From the IMG/VR virus record IMGVR_UViG_3300046779_001442, positions 32,001 through 96,000 of that record: a stretch of DNA of 64,000 nt, one strand, 5' to 3'. The notes below the pieces were generated by a model. It was not told the origin of the DNA and did no database searches. It saw only the letters and a list, made by a program, of their open reading frames with translations. The stretch's first letter is position 1, and each line of letters opens with the position of its first letter. Source of the DNA: a virus. The translations under genes and the position numbers were made by a program. Below are positions 9,857 to 21,848 of the stretch, piece after piece.

Positions 9857-12800
9857 ATGGCTGATATACAGTCTAATATTCAAGTTAATATTGATACGTC
9901 TAGTGCTCTAGCGTCTATCAAGGCTCTTCAGGCACAGATATCAGCATTTCAAAAGGAGATGGCTAGCTCTTCAGCAGCCAATGCTCTTGCAGCCAAGAAT
10001 CTACAAAAAGGTTTAATTGATGACATAAATGCAACTGGAAAGTTTGCTGCAAGCATCAAAACTGTTACCTCAACAACAGACTATTTCACAAGGTCACTTG
10101 AGAAAAATAAGCTCTCGCTTGGAGAATATTTCCGTTATGGAATGGCTTCAAGCAAGAGCTTTTCTCGTATGTTTGAAAGTGAATTTAACACAATAAATAA
10201 AGTTGCTCGTGAGCGTGTTAAAGATCTTCAAACACAATACATATCATTAGGCAAGGATGCTTCTGGTGCCACAAAAGCTATTGCAATACGCCCACTAGCT
10301 CTTGATCTTGAGCATGTTGGGACTAAGGCACAAATAGCTGCACAAAGAACTCAGCTCTTTAATCAAATACTAAAACAAGGATCAACTAATCTTCTTAACT
10401 TCGGTAAGAATACTCAGTGGGCTGGTCGTCAGCTCATGGTTGGTTTCACAATTCCTCTTTCTATTTTTGGTGCAAAGGCTGCACAAGAATTTAAGAAGCT
10501 AGAAGAGCAATCAATTAGATTTAAGCGTGTATATGGCGATGCTATGACCACACCAGAAGAAGCTGACAAGATGATTGAGCAGCTTCGTACACTTGGTCTA
10601 GAGTTTACAAAATATGGTGTTGCTCTGGAAGCAACTATGCAATTGGCTGCAGATGCAGCAGCAATGGGTAAAACTGGGCAAGATCTGTTGGGTCAGGTTA
10701 GCCAAGCTAATATTCTGGGGGTACTTGGTCAGGTAAGCCAAGAGCAAGCACTAGAAACAACTATATCTCTTACTAATGCATTTGGCTACAGCACTGAGCA
10801 ACTAGCAGACAAAGTTAATTTCCTTAACGCAGTAGAAAACCAAACTGTAGTATCCATTGAAGACTTGACAACTGCAATTCCTAAAGCAGGTCCAGTTGTT
10901 CAGCAGCTTGGTGGAGACGTAGAAGATCTAGCATTCTTCCTTACAGCAATGAAGGAAGGTGGAATCAATGCATCAGAAGGTGCCAACGCTCTGAAGTCTG
11001 GTCTAGCATCCTTGATCAACCCAACAGAAAAGGCATCGAACATGCTTCTTGGTATGGGTATTAATATTAAAAATATTGTTGCTGAAAACAATAATGATGT
11101 TGCAGGAATTGTTGTTGACTTTGCTCAGGCTCTGGACTCACTTGATCCAACAACTAGAGCACAGGCAATCGAACAGCTATTTGGTAAGTTCCAGTTTTCA
11201 CGTCTATCAACATTATTTCAAAACGTAATTCAAGAAGGTACCCAGGCTTCCCGTGTACTAGAGTTGACCAATATGACAACTGCTCAGCTTGCAGCAATGT
11301 CAAGAAAAGAGTTAAGGAATGTAGAAGAGTCATCTCTATACAAGTTCCAAGCTGCCATTGAAAGATTTAATGCTGCATTAGCTCCAGTCGGAGAACAGTT
11401 TATGAAGATGGTCACACCTCTAATTGAATTTGGAACAAGAATACTAAACATGTTTAACAACATGTCTGACGGAGCAAAGGGATTTGTTACAGCAATTGTT
11501 GGTATTGTTGGCGGTATTGCCCCAATCTTTATTATGACATTTGGTCTTATTGCTAACGCTATTGCTAACGGTATGAAGGGGTTCTTATTTATCAAGAATG
11601 CTATTCAGGGTGCAAAGCAAGAAACAACTGACCTTGGACTACAAACTCAATATATGTCAACAGAGCAGCTAGAGGCTGCCACAGTTGCTGCATCTCTTGA
11701 CCAGGTACACTCTAAGCTAGTTCAGACATTCACATCTGAAGCAGGAGCAATTGATAAATTAAGAACTGCACTTGAAAGAGCAGCAGTTGCACAAGCAAGA
11801 TTTGGTGGAGTTCGAGTTGCTGGAAATGCTCCTAAGCCAAAGAACTTTGCAAATGGAGGAATGGTTGTTGCTGGTCCTGGAGGTCCAAAGGGAGACAAAA
11901 TTCCTGCAAATCTTTCTGATGGAGAAGTTGTTCTATCGGTAGCAACAGTAGAAGAAAATCCAGCAGTTGTTCAAGCACTTCTTTCTGGACAAAAGGTACA
12001 GATTCCTGGATATGCTGAAAGTGGCACTGCTGGAAAGTCTGCAATAAGAGAGTTCTATGCACCAACTGGAAATACTTATCAGGCTGCACACTTCTCTGGA
12101 CATACAGAAATGTCTGGTGCTCAGCTACAAGAAATGGCTGCTGGAACAAGACTTGCAGCTGGCGTAGAAAAACTATTTGCTAACCTTATGGCTAGGTTAG
12201 AAAAAGAGGCATTAGAGGCAGGGGCTGTATTCGATAAGGCAGCAGCTGAGCTAAGAATACTTAATGAAACATTCGACCTGTATGATAATCGTGTAGTTTC
12301 TCTTGATGCAGAGCTAAACAATATTTTGGGTAGAAGTGGTGGTGAAAGCGGTGGAACTGCTCCTGTAGCAAGAGTTCAATCTGCTTTGCAGTCTGCTGGT
12401 ACAGATGCACACATGCAGGCAGCATTAACAATGAGCACTCAGGGTGCAACTAGAGAACAACAAAATGCTGCAATAGAACAGCTAGATGCTGCAGTGCAGC
12501 AATCAATGCAAGATTTTATTGACGATCAGGTAAAACTTGCTACTGGTGTTTCAGATGTTTCTGATTTGACAAAGCAAGAATATGAAGAGGCTATTGCCAA
12601 CATAAAGATGTCTGGAGAAGATTTAGATAGAGTTATCCAGAGAGCATACGAAGCGGTATCTGAAAAGAATGACCAACTAAAGGCAGCATATGAAGAGATG
12701 TCTGAGATTAGTGGTTATGCTCTTGCTGGAGATCTAAATCCAAACAAAGATAAGTCAAGAAACCGAAAAGGATTTACTGGCACTGGAACCAAACTCTATA

Positions 12801-15800
12801 CGGACACAAGAGGTCAGGCATATGAAAATATGTCTCAGATCAATGCAGATCAGGGTAGAGATAACAAGTTTGTTGAGACACAGAAGAGAAAATTTGCTAG
12901 AGTTCTAGAGGATGCAATTTCTCAAATTGTTGAGGTTGATCCAGAAGCTTTCACTCAGGTTTTGCAAAATCCTGATGCACAGGCAAGACTAAGAGAGCTT
13001 TCTGCTATTGCAGAAAAGTATGGGATTAAGCTCACACAGACTGCAATGGCAGAACTACAGAGAGGCTTTGAGGTAGGTCTACAGAAACAGTTAGATATTC
13101 AGTCACCTTCAAAAGAAGCCGAAGTTCGTGGTGCTCAAACAGGTGAGGGGTACCTTGATGGAGCGGAATCAAAGATTGATGATGCAAAAGCAGTTGGAGA
13201 GCAGACTGGTGATGCACTAACGAGAGCAGCTGCATCTAGAGCTGCTACGTATGGAGACCTTGAGGCTACTCCAGCACTAAAGTCAGCACGTAGAAAATTT
13301 GGTTCAGTTGAAAACATTCCCCCAGAGGTGCTATCTACACTAACATCTGGCATGACATCTGCTGGGGTAGAGGCAGAGAAAGCTGCAATTAATATTGGTG
13401 CTGTTGCAAATAAAGCAATGGCAGTCTCTGGTGCACTAAGCTCTGTATCATTCTTGCTGCAAGGATTTGGAATAAATCTTGGGGGTATTGGCGATGTTGT
13501 CACTACACTAACTAACTCAATGTTTGCACTATCTATGGCAACCGCTGCAGCTGCAAGAAGCACAATGGTCATGAGTGCACTAAATCTTTCTGGACTTGCA
13601 AATATAGGTGGATTGTTAAAGGGCAAGGGACTCCTTGATGGCTTTAAAACTATATTTTCATCTATAAGAACTTTTGGTGGTGCCCTAACTGGACTATCTG
13701 GAATTGTGTTTAGATTTATTCCATATATTGGCTTAGCACTACTGGCATTTGAAGGGTTTAAGTTCCTTTCAAATCAGATTCAGATAAGTAATGAAAAGAT
13801 TACTGGTCTTGGAGATGTGGCAAAACTAACAGCAGAAAAGCTTTCAAAAATTGGAAATGCTTTTGGTTTTGACCCAGCAAAACCTACTGATTTTGGTTCA
13901 AGAATTGGCACGTCTGACTCTACTTCTGGAAGCAGCAAGTCACAAACTGGTAGAGAAAAGCTTTTGTCTGGTTACGAAGGCGAAACAATAGAAGACAAGT
14001 TTAGCAAATTTAAAGATGACTACCGTGCAGAAATTAATGGTCTAGAAAATGCAACAGCAGAGCAGGCCACAAGAGCTTTGTCTAGCACAGCTAGACAGAT
14101 GTATGCTTCTGGAGCAACACAAGAAGCTGTAGATGCAACAATTAAAGCTTTAATTGAAGCAACAGAAAATAATCCAGAGCTTCAAAAGGTTGATGCTGGC
14201 AAGATTATTGGAACAGTGTTTGACCCAACAAAGCCAGGATCACTTCAGGCAATTCAAGATGCAGCAGCTGCCTCTGCAGAGGCATATCAAAAAGCATATA
14301 ACCTGGGACTTGCAACCGATTTTGGATCATCGGTTGATCCAGAGTCATGGATGGCTGGGACATACGATCCAAGCAAAGTTACTCAGCAACAGTTGGATGC
14401 TGCAGGAGTTAAGGGCAACACTGTAACACCACTAAGTTCAGACGCTACTAAGGAGCAGTCTATTCTTGCATCTGAAACAGCTGCCTCTGCAGATGCACTA
14501 TTCCAAGCTTTTGAGGCATCATCTATTGGTGCACAAGAACTAATTGACAATGTTAATGGATTGATTGCTCCAATTGAGGGTCTTAGTGAAACAGCACAAG
14601 CAAGACTTGTTCCAATATTGGCAGAACAGCTTGGTCCAGAATTTCAAGAGCAGACAAAAGATATTAAGGACTATGCAGATGTTCTTTATATGGCTAAGTA
14701 TGTGATGGCTGGCGGTGTAATAACAGATGAGCAAGTTAATAAGATTAAAAAGGGTACATCTGCAACTTCATTGCTTAGCGGATCGTTTGGACAGCTAGCA
14801 TTTGAAACAGAAAATGCACGTAAGGCAGAGGAAAGAAGGCAAGAAGCTGCAGATAATGCTGCATATGTTAAGCAGCAAATTGTTAACGTCTCTGATCAGA
14901 TAAAGGCATACAACATTCTCAGAGATGCAGGATATGATTCTGCCACTGCTTTGTCACTTGTAAATGATGAAACTCTAAGGTCTGAAATTTTAGCTGCAGG
15001 TGCAGCAGATAAATTGGGCGAGTTTGGGGTAAAGCTTAAAGAGTATGCTGGCCTAGTGGCACAATGGAATAAGATCAGCAGCTCTGGCGGTGGCGGAAGT
15101 GGCAAAAAGACACCTCTTCAGGAAGCACTAGAGTCACTAAAGGAACAAAGAGGTAATATTCTAAATGCAGCAACAGCATATAGTAAACTAAGAAAGGCAA
15201 ATATTGATGTTTCAACTTCTTGGAAGTACGCAAATGATGCAACTGTCGCAGCTGGTCTAGCCTCAGCAAAAACAGCTAAGCAAGTTAAACAAATTGTTGC
15301 TGCCATTAAGGAGCTAGAAAAGGCAACAGCCAAGAATGCATGGGGCAACTTCTCAAAGCAAACAGCTGATGCCAAGATTGCATTGCAGAATCAATCCAAG
15401 ATGGCAACAATTCTTGGTAACGTTGGTGCGTCTGCTGAAGAAATTGACGCATTGATAAATGATGAAGGTCTTGCAGCAGGCTTTAAGGCTGGAACAGTAA
15501 CAGCAGCACAGCTAGAAGAAGCTCTCAAGAGAATTCGTGCAAATTCTGACATTGAGCTGAAAATTAAGATGACCACTCCAGAAGGAATGCAGTCAATATT
15601 TGACGAGGCTTACGGCAAGGTACAAGAAGCTTTCTCTGCAAAAGAAACACAAATTGAGCTTGACTTTAAGCTTGGAACTAATCTTAGCGGACAAAACAAA
15701 GATTTGGTCAACACTAAAGCTATTGATGAAACTATCAAGAATGCTGAAGAACAGATTGATGGTCTTAACTATAAAATTGATGATTACGAGGCTGGCGTTC

Positions 15801-16951
15801 AAGAAATTGCTTGGCAAGAAGATGAAGTTAACAAGAAGTATGATGCTAGAGGTAAGGCTCTAGATAAGATTCAAAAGGTTAATGAGAATATTGCTAGACA
15901 AAATAAGGCTCAGTTAACTATTGCGGATGCTCTTAGCCAGGGAGATATCGCTGCTGCTGCACGTGCAATAGAAGATGCAAGAGCAGAAGATGCAGCTGCA
16001 GCAATTGATGCACAAAAGCAGGCACTTGATACAGCAAAAGAGCAGGAGCTTGCTTCCCTTACAGACTCTCAGGGCAGAACACGTGCTCAGCTTGAGGCAT
16101 CAATTCTTGACCTTAAAAAGCAAATTTTTACAATTGAAGAGCAAACACTTGAGCCAGCTCAAAAGGCAAAATCCGAAGCAGAGGCAATTAAGCAAGCTGC
16201 TATCGATAGCATAACTGTTCTTGGCAAGAACAAGGATGAGTGGGAGGCAATTAAAAATAAAGCTGATATTGCTCGTGTTAATTCAGATAAATATGCTAAG
16301 GCTATACAAGGTGCCCTTGATATTGTCAATGATCTTGTTAAAAAATGGGGTGGCCTAGATGGCAAGGTTGTAACAACCACACATGTTATCAACACAATAA
16401 CAAATGGTTCGAGTACTGGATCTACAGGAAGTTCTACCACAACTACAAAACCTATTACAACTACAAAGCCTACCACATCTACAATTACTCCTGCACAAGG
16501 ACAAGCACTTGTAGCAAGACTTACGGGCGGTGCTCCAGTTTCATCATTCAGTGCTGCTGAAAGAGCATATCTTAACCTTAACTCTGGTGGTTCAGTGCCA
16601 GGAATAGGTGACTATGACAAGGTTCCTTCAATGCTAACACCTGGAGAATTTGTTATGAACAGATCAGCCGTTGGTAAGTATGGCGTTGGCATGATGAGGG
16701 CCATTAACGCTGGAAGTTTTGTACCTTCTATGTCAGCACCAACAGTCTCTATGCCAGCTACAGATGGTGGCAACGCCCCAGAAGTATCAAATTCTGGAGT
16801 ATCTGCTACAAATAACAACTCAGCAGTGTATAATTATAATCTAAGCGTTAATGTGTCTTCATCTAATGCAGGTGCACAAGAAATTGCAAATGCAGTAATG
16901 GGAAGAATTAAAGCTGTCAATTCACAGCGAGTAAGAGGAGTTAGAATTTAA
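9857..16951 (+). CDS. Tape measure protein
   Basis: 2364 aa, Ala-rich helical, hydrophobic segments, two G.G....D.(I/V)P..L..GE.V repeats. Confidence 0.95.
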   Translation: MADIQSNIQVNIDTSSALASIKALQAQISAFQKEMASSSAANALAAKNLQKGLIDDINATGKFAASIKTVTSTTDYFTRSLEKNKLSLGEYFRYGMASSKSFSRMFESEFNTINKVARERVKDLQTQYISLGKDASGATKAIAIRPLALDLEHVGTKAQIAAQRTQLFNQILKQGSTNLLNFGKNTQWAGRQLMVGFTIPLSIFGAKAAQEFKKLEEQSIRFKRVYGDAMTTPEEADKMIEQLRTLGLEFTKYGVALEATMQLAADAAAMGKTGQDLLGQVSQANILGVLGQVSQEQALETTISLTNAFGYSTEQLADKVNFLNAVENQTVVSIEDLTTAIPKAGPVVQQLGGDVEDLAFFLTAMKEGGINASEGANALKSGLASLINPTEKASNMLLGMGINIKNIVAENNNDVAGIVVDFAQALDSLDPTTRAQAIEQLFGKFQFSRLSTLFQNVIQEGTQASRVLELTNMTTAQLAAMSRKELRNVEESSLYKFQAAIERFNAALAPVGEQFMKMVTPLIEFGTRILNMFNNMSDGAKGFVTAIVGIVGGIAPIFIMTFGLIANAIANGMKGFLFIKNAIQGAKQETTDLGLQTQYMSTEQLEAATVAASLDQVHSKLVQTFTSEAGAIDKLRTALERAAVAQARFGGVRVAGNAPKPKNFANGGMVVAGPGGPKGDKIPANLSDGEVVLSVATVEENPAVVQALLSGQKVQIPGYAESGTAGKSAIREFYAPTGNTYQAAHFSGHTEMSGAQLQEMAAGTRLAAGVEKLFANLMARLEKEALEAGAVFDKAAAELRILNETFDLYDNRVVSLDAELNNILGRSGGESGGTAPVARVQSALQSAGTDAHMQAALTMSTQGATREQQNAAIEQLDAAVQQSMQDFIDDQVKLATGVSDVSDLTKQEYEEAIANIKMSGEDLDRVIQRAYEAVSEKNDQLKAAYEEMSEISGYALAGDLNPNKDKSRNRKGFTGTGTKLYTDTRGQAYENMSQINADQGRDNKFVETQKRKFARVLEDAISQIVEVDPEAFTQVLQNPDAQARLRELSAIAEKYGIKLTQTAMAELQRGFEVGLQKQLDIQSPSKEAEVRGAQTGEGYLDGAESKIDDAKAVGEQTGDALTRAAASRAATYGDLEATPALKSARRKFGSVENIPPEVLSTLTSGMTSAGVEAEKAAINIGAVANKAMAVSGALSSVSFLLQGFGINLGGIGDVVTTLTNSMFALSMATAAAARSTMVMSALNLSGLANIGGLLKGKGLLDGFKTIFSSIRTFGGALTGLSGIVFRFIPYIGLALLAFEGFKFLSNQIQISNEKITGLGDVAKLTAEKLSKIGNAFGFDPAKPTDFGSRIGTSDSTSGSSKSQTGREKLLSGYEGETIEDKFSKFKDDYRAEINGLENATAEQATRALSSTARQMYASGATQEAVDATIKALIEATENNPELQKVDAGKIIGTVFDPTKPGSLQAIQDAAAASAEAYQKAYNLGLATDFGSSVDPESWMAGTYDPSKVTQQQLDAAGVKGNTVTPLSSDATKEQSILASETAASADALFQAFEASSIGAQELIDNVNGLIAPIEGLSETAQARLVPILAEQLGPEFQEQTKDIKDYADVLYMAKYVMAGGVITDEQVNKIKKGTSATSLLSGSFGQLAFETENARKAEERRQEAADNAAYVKQQIVNVSDQIKAYNILRDAGYDSATALSLVNDETLRSEILAAGAADKLGEFGVKLKEYAGLVAQWNKISSSGGGGSGKKTPLQEALESLKEQRGNILNAATAYSKLRKANIDVSTSWKYANDATVAAGLASAKTAKQVKQIVAAIKELEKATAKNAWGNFSKQTADAKIALQNQSKMATILGNVGASAEEIDALINDEGLAAGFKAGTVTAAQLEEALKRIRANSDIELKIKMTTPEGMQSIFDEAYGKVQEAFSAKETQIELDFKLGTNLSGQNKDLVNTKAIDETIKNAEEQIDGLNYKIDDYEAGVQEIAWQEDEVNKKYDARGKALDKIQKVNENIARQNKAQLTIADALSQGDIAAAARAIEDARAEDAAAAIDAQKQALDTAKEQELASLTDSQGRTRAQLEASILDLKKQIFTIEEQTLEPAQKAKSEAEAIKQAAIDSITVLGKNKDEWEAIKNKADIARVNSDKYAKAIQGALDIVNDLVKKWGGLDGKVVTTTHVINTITNGSSTGSTGSSTTTTKPITTTKPTTSTITPAQGQALVARLTGGAPVSSFSAAERAYLNLNSGGSVPGIGDYDKVPSMLTPGEFVMNRSAVGKYGVGMMRAINAGSFVPSMSAPTVSMPATDGGNAPEVSNSGVSATNNNSAVYNYNLSVNVSSSNAGAQEIANAVMGRIKAVNSQRVRGVRI

Positions 16952-17589
16952 TGGCTACACAAACATATATGGATGGACGCAAGAAGTATTCTCGTCCACA
17001 TGCTATGATGTGGTCAAAGCAGGCCCCACTTATTATTAATGGAAAATATGTTCCATATGGTCTCGAAGTTAACGACTATGTAGAGTCACAAGTTGATGCA
17101 GTGCTACAGGATCAGTTCTTAATTTTGTCTGACGATAACAGAGAGCCACTAGCCTTTAAAACAGATAGAATTCAGACGAGAAAGCGTATGGTTAACGGAC
17201 AGATGCGTTCATACCATATTGCTGATAAATTAAATATTTCTACATCTTGGAGCATGCTGCCATCTCGTGGATTTGCTACATACCCAAATTTTGATACTGC
17301 AACTGGAGAACCAAACCAGGCACTAATTAGTTCTCAGATGATAACTACTGATGGCGGTGCAGGTGGCGTTGATATGTTGCAATGGTATGAAAATAATCAA
17401 GGTTCTTTTTGGGTTTACCTTTCATACGATAAGTACAATGAATTTGCTGAAGATCAGTTTAGATTTGAAAGACTTGGAGAATATCCGCAGGCACTTGAAA
17501 TGTATATCGCATCTTTCGACTATGACGTTGTAAAGCGTGGCGGTAGTCATGACCTGTGGAACATATCAATTTCTCTAGAAGAGGTATAA
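16951..17589 (+). CDS. Distal tail / minor tail protein
   Basis: Follows tape measure; ends WNISISLEEV. Confidence 0.65.
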   Translation: MATQTYMDGRKKYSRPHAMMWSKQAPLIINGKYVPYGLEVNDYVESQVDAVLQDQFLILSDDNREPLAFKTDRIQTRKRMVNGQMRSYHIADKLNISTSWSMLPSRGFATYPNFDTATGEPNQALISSQMITTDGGAGGVDMLQWYENNQGSFWVYLSYDKYNEFAEDQFRFERLGEYPQALEMYIASFDYDVVKRGGSHDLWNISISLEEV

Positions 17590-20500
17590 TGTTTGGTAAT
17601 AAAACACTTCTTTCTCATCTAGAAAAATCATCCAATGTAAGTATTTCATCAGCTATATTTGCTGAGTGGAATATGAACATCCCACAAAATTTTGCAAAGA
17701 TTGGTAACTATAGATATAGACCAACATCTTCGTCAATATACCAAACTATACTGTCTTCATATGACAAATACGATACTGGCAATTTTTATACTGGTGCAAC
17801 TGATGCAGACATAACAATAGACGGTGGCATAGATGATGATGACCAGCCACTAGCATTCACTTCTCCAAAAGAACAGACAAAGCTTCTCTTCTCTCTTGAA
17901 GAATGTTTTAATAAGTTTAGACCAAGATCAGGAATTAATAAGGCAAAATATTTTGCAGACAGATATTTTCACTATAGTGATAAAGATATGGCTAAGCGTC
18001 CAAGGTACTATGTTGCCACCAAGGGAGACGCATTTAAGTACTGGACTTCAGATAGAACTGAGGATGGAATCAGGGGTGTGTCCTATCCAGTAAGAGTTGG
18101 AAACTTTACTAATTATTTTATTGATGATGCAGCACCATTTATAGTATATTCAGAAAGTGTGCCAGCAAATAGGATAGTGGTAAAAATGCAAACCCACATT
18201 GGCACAATTAATAAGGGGCCATTCCTTTCTCCTGCTGGAACTACTCTAGCTGATCCATTCTATGGACAGGAGAATAGCAAAACTCCAACAAAGTGGAGAA
18301 TACAGTATTTGGATGAGAATGATACATGGGTAGATGCTGCTGTATTTTTGCCAACAGACAAAAGAATAGATGGTACACCAATCGTTGGGCCAGACGGATA
18401 TGTCGAGGTATATTATGGTGCAATAATTCCATCAGAGTACTCATCAATTTTTAATTATAAAAGAAGCTTTGTATCTGCACAAATGATCCCATTATCTCCA
18501 GATGTTGGATCTGCCTACTTGGTTAAGTCTTCTGCTACAGATCCTGGAAGATTCTACATATACACATCATCTGGTTACCAGTCATTTGCTGCCAAATATG
18601 GATGGTCTTTATCACAGACTGAGGTACTTGATTTTAGAAATACTGTAGACGCAACAGCATCTTCAGAATATTTTGTTGACCCACTTTCTGGAAAAAAGAA
18701 TTACTCAAAATACCAACATATAAATGGTATCCGTGTTGTCGTAGATCAGATGAATACTACAAACTCTTCATTTGATTTGATTGAAATGTCGCCAAGGCTT
18801 GTTCTAGATTTTACAGGCATGGTTGAGTCATGCAACGTTACAAAAAGCATGTCTGACCTTGGAAATGCTGGTATGCCAGTAGGTCAACTTTTAGCTTCTG
18901 TTGGAAGCCTTTCAATGTTTGACTATAATGAAGTATTCAATGAAAACAACAAGACAAGCGTAATATCTAAATATCTAGATCAAATAATTAAGTTTATGAT
19001 ATATGAAAGAATAACTGATAAGTCTGGAAATCAGTATCTTGTGCCAATTAAATTTATGTACTCTGCAAATAAGCCATCGCTTTCAGCCACAACAAGAGAC
19101 CTGTCTATTGAGCTTAGAGATCTAACATTCTGGTTTGAACAATCAATGTCCCCAGAGCTTTTTATGGTTGATGTCTCAATGAGTGTAGCTATATCTACTT
19201 TGCTGGATTCAATAGGTTTTTCAAATTATAAATTCCTTCGCATGGATGGAGAGAAAGATTTAATAATTCCATATTTCTATACAAGTAGCGAACAGTCTGT
19301 TATGGAGGTATTGCAAGATATTGCAGTGTCCACACAATCAGCAATATTTCTAGATGAAGAAAATAATCTAATAGTTATGTCTAAAGATTATTTGCTACCA
19401 AGTTCATCCTTGCCTAGGGCTACAGATATGATTCTTAGTGGAGAAAAAACTAATTTAATAGATGCAAATATTGAGGATATTGCTGTACAAGAATCTAAGG
19501 TATTTAATGGTGGAACAATTAATTATCAAGAAAAGTATATTCAAAGATCATATGGGTCAATCAAACAATCATCAATGATTGATAGAAATAAGACATGGAT
19601 ATATAAGCCAGCATTGTTATGGGAAGCATCTGGCTCCCTAAACACAAAGTCTCAGAATGGACAGCTAACAAATCAGTCAGCATATTCTCTAGCTGCTATA
19701 CCATTGAACTCCACCCTTCCTGCCACTATCCCGTCAGTTGTTAATGGGTCAATTATTAATAACATTATTGATTTTGGAGAAGGCGTATATTTTACAACAA
19801 GATACAATGGATACTTCTTTGCAAATGGTGAGATTGTAAGATACGATGCAGTAGAATATAGCATGACTGGCCAAGCTGCCCCAGTTTGGATTCAAAGTAC
19901 ACAAGAATACTCAAACTATTTCCAGCAGCTCAAGTTTGGTGGGACAATGTACCCAACAGGACGTGTAAGAATATATTGCGAGCCAAAGTATGAGGTTGTA
20001 AATGGAGTAACAAGATTTAAGGATGGTGCTGTAAACAAACATGGTCGTGGTCAGTTTGGAACTCCTATAGTTGCTCACGAGGCAGGCCTGTCATCTGTGT
20101 GGACTAATTCAGATGGATCAAATCCGACTCGTGGATGCAAAATGTCGTTCTCCGAACTGCTTTCATTTGACGAGACTACAGCACAGACTAAGAGCAAGTC
20201 TTTGTCTACTGGTGCTGCAGGTGTAGCAAACTCTACAGTTGTAAGTGCAAGCAGAAGCGGAATTATCAGAAACTCATTAAGTGGTAACTATAAGACAGAT
20301 GCACAAATTAATCAGCTAAAAATAACTGAGTTTGGAACCGTTCAGTCTTCTGCATTAGTGTTTAATGGTCCAAACTTTACAACAGATGTAAAGGCTACAG
20401 ACCACATTAGCTATATCCCAAAAAATTTAAATAGAACATATTCTCATTTTGGAACTAGAATGAGAATCATTGGTAGGGCTGAGAATGGCACAAACAAGCT

Positions 20501-21848
20501 ACAAACCCCAACTGGATCTATGGGATATTACCAAGATGGTAAGGTTGGTGGAGCTTCTGGCGGATTAGCAGTTATGTTAAATTCAGCCACCAACAACGGA
20601 TACTATTTTGAAATCATGGCACTAACTGGAGACACAGTTCTTGGAGAAGAAGATGTTATTCTCAATAACGTAGTTTTTTATAAGATTAAGTCTGACTCTA
20701 GTGGCAATGCTGTTCCAGTTAGACTATGGTCTGGAATTGCAAATATAGTAGTAGATTCTGGAAATTTTGCAGGGCAGTCAAGAACAAACACACAAGAAAA
20801 TCCATCAGTATATGACCTAGCTATAGAGTACGAAGAAGTCGATAAAAGATCTGCAAGAAGATTCTACCTATACATAAATAATAAGTGTGTGGCAATTATT
20901 GATGATACAGACCCTCTACCAGCATATCAAAATATTGCACCATTCATTCGTGGCACATCAAGAGTAATGTTTGAAAACATTTATGCCCTTGCAAAGAAAT
21001 ACTCTGTAGATGCTGCTGGTAGCTTGTCAACACCAATTAATTCAGTATTTGGAGATAGTTCAGTTGATGTATCAGAGTCAATGAGAAAATATGCTTTATC
21101 TGGTGCAGTGCAAAAGACATATTTGTCAGACATTAATGGACAACAGGGACCAGGATACGACATGTATTTTGAAGAGTTCGGTACTATTATGCGTGAGGCA
21201 GCATACTTTAATATTAAGTTTGACAAGGCATATCCAGCACTAAGTGCTAAAATATCTCCAACATTCAATAAGGTTAAGGGATATACAGTTTCTGGCTTTA
21301 TGCCAAATGCATATGGTGCAGAGTTTTTAGTATTTAACCATACCGATAGTGTTATAAGTCTTGATGAGACTACTGGAAACTATCTAAGAATTCAGGGCGT
21401 AACCTTTACTCAAAACTCAGATAGAAAGCTAACTCTAGACGACTATTATAAGTATAATAGCGACTTATCAAATGTTGACCATGTTGTATCAGGAACAAAC
21501 TCACCGTTTAAGGCAGAGAAAGAATTTTTTGATATCAAGGCAAGTCGTGCAACATATGGTACGAATGAGTTTTCTCTTAATGCTAAGTATATTCAGACAG
21601 AAGATGCTGCTCGTGATCTTATGGGTTGGGTGATTTCAAAAACTATTAAGCCTAGAAAATCAGTTGGTATGAATGTGTTTGCTGGATCTGTGCTGCAATT
21701 GGGAGATATTGTTCAGATTTTTTGGACTGATGATGACGGAACAGATCAGCTGTTTGATAGAAACAAGAAGTTTGTGGTGTATAGTATTGACTATACGATT
21801 AGTCCAAATGGGCCAACTTCGACTGTATATGTTAGTGAGGTAATCTAA
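17589..21848 (+). CDS. Large minor tail / baseplate hub protein
   Basis: ~1420 aa; start reassigned to ATG 17589 (SD gaggt, overlap with upstream stop); LQLGDIV hub-like C-terminus. Confidence 0.7.
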   Translation: MFGNKTLLSHLEKSSNVSISSAIFAEWNMNIPQNFAKIGNYRYRPTSSSIYQTILSSYDKYDTGNFYTGATDADITIDGGIDDDDQPLAFTSPKEQTKLLFSLEECFNKFRPRSGINKAKYFADRYFHYSDKDMAKRPRYYVATKGDAFKYWTSDRTEDGIRGVSYPVRVGNFTNYFIDDAAPFIVYSESVPANRIVVKMQTHIGTINKGPFLSPAGTTLADPFYGQENSKTPTKWRIQYLDENDTWVDAAVFLPTDKRIDGTPIVGPDGYVEVYYGAIIPSEYSSIFNYKRSFVSAQMIPLSPDVGSAYLVKSSATDPGRFYIYTSSGYQSFAAKYGWSLSQTEVLDFRNTVDATASSEYFVDPLSGKKNYSKYQHINGIRVVVDQMNTTNSSFDLIEMSPRLVLDFTGMVESCNVTKSMSDLGNAGMPVGQLLASVGSLSMFDYNEVFNENNKTSVISKYLDQIIKFMIYERITDKSGNQYLVPIKFMYSANKPSLSATTRDLSIELRDLTFWFEQSMSPELFMVDVSMSVAISTLLDSIGFSNYKFLRMDGEKDLIIPYFYTSSEQSVMEVLQDIAVSTQSAIFLDEENNLIVMSKDYLLPSSSLPRATDMILSGEKTNLIDANIEDIAVQESKVFNGGTINYQEKYIQRSYGSIKQSSMIDRNKTWIYKPALLWEASGSLNTKSQNGQLTNQSAYSLAAIPLNSTLPATIPSVVNGSIINNIIDFGEGVYFTTRYNGYFFANGEIVRYDAVEYSMTGQAAPVWIQSTQEYSNYFQQLKFGGTMYPTGRVRIYCEPKYEVVNGVTRFKDGAVNKHGRGQFGTPIVAHEAGLSSVWTNSDGSNPTRGCKMSFSELLSFDETTAQTKSKSLSTGAAGVANSTVVSASRSGIIRNSLSGNYKTDAQINQLKITEFGTVQSSALVFNGPNFTTDVKATDHISYIPKNLNRTYSHFGTRMRIIGRAENGTNKLQTPTGSMGYYQDGKVGGASGGLAVMLNSATNNGYYFEIMALTGDTVLGEEDVILNNVVFYKIKSDSSGNAVPVRLWSGIANIVVDSGNFAGQSRTNTQENPSVYDLAIEYEEVDKRSARRFYLYINNKCVAIIDDTDPLPAYQNIAPFIRGTSRVMFENIYALAKKYSVDAAGSLSTPINSVFGDSSVDVSESMRKYALSGAVQKTYLSDINGQQGPGYDMYFEEFGTIMREAAYFNIKFDKAYPALSAKISPTFNKVKGYTVSGFMPNAYGAEFLVFNHTDSVISLDETTGNYLRIQGVTFTQNSDRKLTLDDYYKYNSDLSNVDHVVSGTNSPFKAEKEFFDIKASRATYGTNEFSLNAKYIQTEDAARDLMGWVISKTIKPRKSVGMNVFAGSVLQLGDIVQIFWTDDDGTDQLFDRNKKFVVYSIDYTISPNGPTSTVYVSEVI

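Noticed and set aside
9820-9860. Programmed frameshift at the end of the short tail chaperone
   Set aside because: No XXXYYYZ slippery heptamer and only 18 nt before the tape-measure start; the aactgggag match to the long gene is too short to trust
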